A stretch of 64,000 bases of DNA from positions 2,624,001 through 2,688,000 of the forward strand of contig OZ253580.1 in NCBI GenBank assembly GCA_965263035.1, given 5' to 3'. The notes beneath the pieces were generated by a model. It made no database searches, was not told where the DNA came from, and was given only the letters and a program-made list of their open reading frames with translations. The first letter of the stretch is position 1. Each line of letters starts with the position of its first letter. Shown here piece by piece: positions 63,269 through 64,000 of the stretch. Origin of the DNA: Acidobacteriota bacterium. GTDB lineage: Bacteria > Acidobacteriota > UBA6911 > RPQK01 > JAJDTT01. The position numbers were made by a program, and so were the translations under genes.

Positions 63269-64000
63269 TCAGCGCGCCATCATGCGGATACAGACCGGCA
63301 TGGGAATGTCCGCCGTCTGACCGTTGGCCTGGAGCGCCCCGTTCTGCGAGTCGATCCGGAAGACCACCACGCTGTCCGATTCCTGGTTGGCCGCCAGCAG
63401 CCAGGTCCCCGTGGGATCGATCTGGAAATTCCGTGGCGTCTTCCCCCGGGTCGACTCGTGGCCCCGGGCCGTCAGCCGGCCCGTCTCCTGGTCGACGGAG
63501 AAGACCGCGATGCTGTCGTGGCCCCGGTTGGAGCCGTAGAGGAAGCGGCCCGAAGGATGGACCCGGACCTCGGCGGTGTGACTGACGCCCTGGAAATCTT
63601 CGGGAAGCGTGGTGATGGTCTGGATCGGATCCAGCGTCCCCTTCTCCTCGTCGTATCCAAAGGCAGTCACGGTGGAGCCCATCTCGTTGATGACGTAGCC
63701 GAACCGCCCGCTGGGATGAAAAACGAAATGGCGCGGTCCCGCCCCGGGAGCGACCGAGACCGACGGCGGCGTATTGGGCTCCAGGACACCCGTGGCGGCG
63801 TCGAATCGATAGACCAGGACCTCGTCCGTGCCCAAGTCGGCCGCCACGGCGAACCGGTTCCCTGGATCCAGGTTGATGCTGTGAGCGCGGGGACCCGTCT
63901 GCCGCACCGGGTCCACGCTGGAACCCTCATGTTGGATGACCGAAGTGGCAGGACCCAGGCGGCCTTCAGAATCGATGGGGAAGGAGGCGACGGTTCCGCC
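63269..64000 (-). CDS. pgl: 6-phosphogluconolactonase/lactonase beta-propeller, 5' end outside window
   Basis: ADLGTD, GAGPRH, YVINE, SNRGHDS, PRNF. Confidence 0.85.
   Translation of the reverse strand, partial: GGTVASFPIDSEGRLGPATSVIQHEGSSVDPVRQTGPRAHSINLDPGNRFAVAADLGTDEVLVYRFDAATGVLEPNTPPSVSVAPGAGPRHFVFHPSGRFGYVINEMGSTVTAFGYDEEKGTLDPIQTITTLPEDFQGVSHTAEVRVHPSGRFLYGSNRGHDSIAVFSVDQETGRLTARGHESTRGKTPRNFQIDPTGTWLLAANQESDSVVVFRIDSQNGALQANGQTADIPMPVCIRMMAR

Overview
GC-rich bacterial chromosome segment; gene content suggests Acidobacteriota (inference, not tested). Housekeeping blocks: guaB, trpEGDCFBA-chorismate mutase-DAHP synthase, rho, lon-clpX-clpP-tig, hemE, sucCD-ndk, der, HU/IHF-MerR, ferritin and three tRNAs (Lys-CTT, Val-CAC, Pro-GGG). 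These alternate with accessory, often Tat- or lipoprotein-exported sugar-oxidation genes: six Gfo/Idh/MocA enzymes, two PVC-type heme-c dehydrogenases and an ApbE-DoxX cluster. The most notable signals are non-coding or sub-threshold. (1) Two ribosome-dependent attenuators in series in one aromatic operon: leader [13 protein letters not shown] before trpE, and an internal FYYFF leader before chorismate mutase. (2) A ~159-bp MITE family (5 full copies, 1 partial) with 18-bp terminal inverted repeats, YTRR target duplications and a covarying ERIC-like hairpin core. (3) A second 159-bp element of different sequence but the same architecture. (4) Heptamer arrays abutting the -35 boxes of two apparently leaderless promoters. 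(5) A decayed tRNA-Lys copy bracketing a one-gene islet. (6) A single-chain EutB-EutC homolog with a twin-arginine motif and a one-base frameshift. No transposase, CRISPR array or rRNA was seen. All protein calls are from motif recognition by eye, not database searches.
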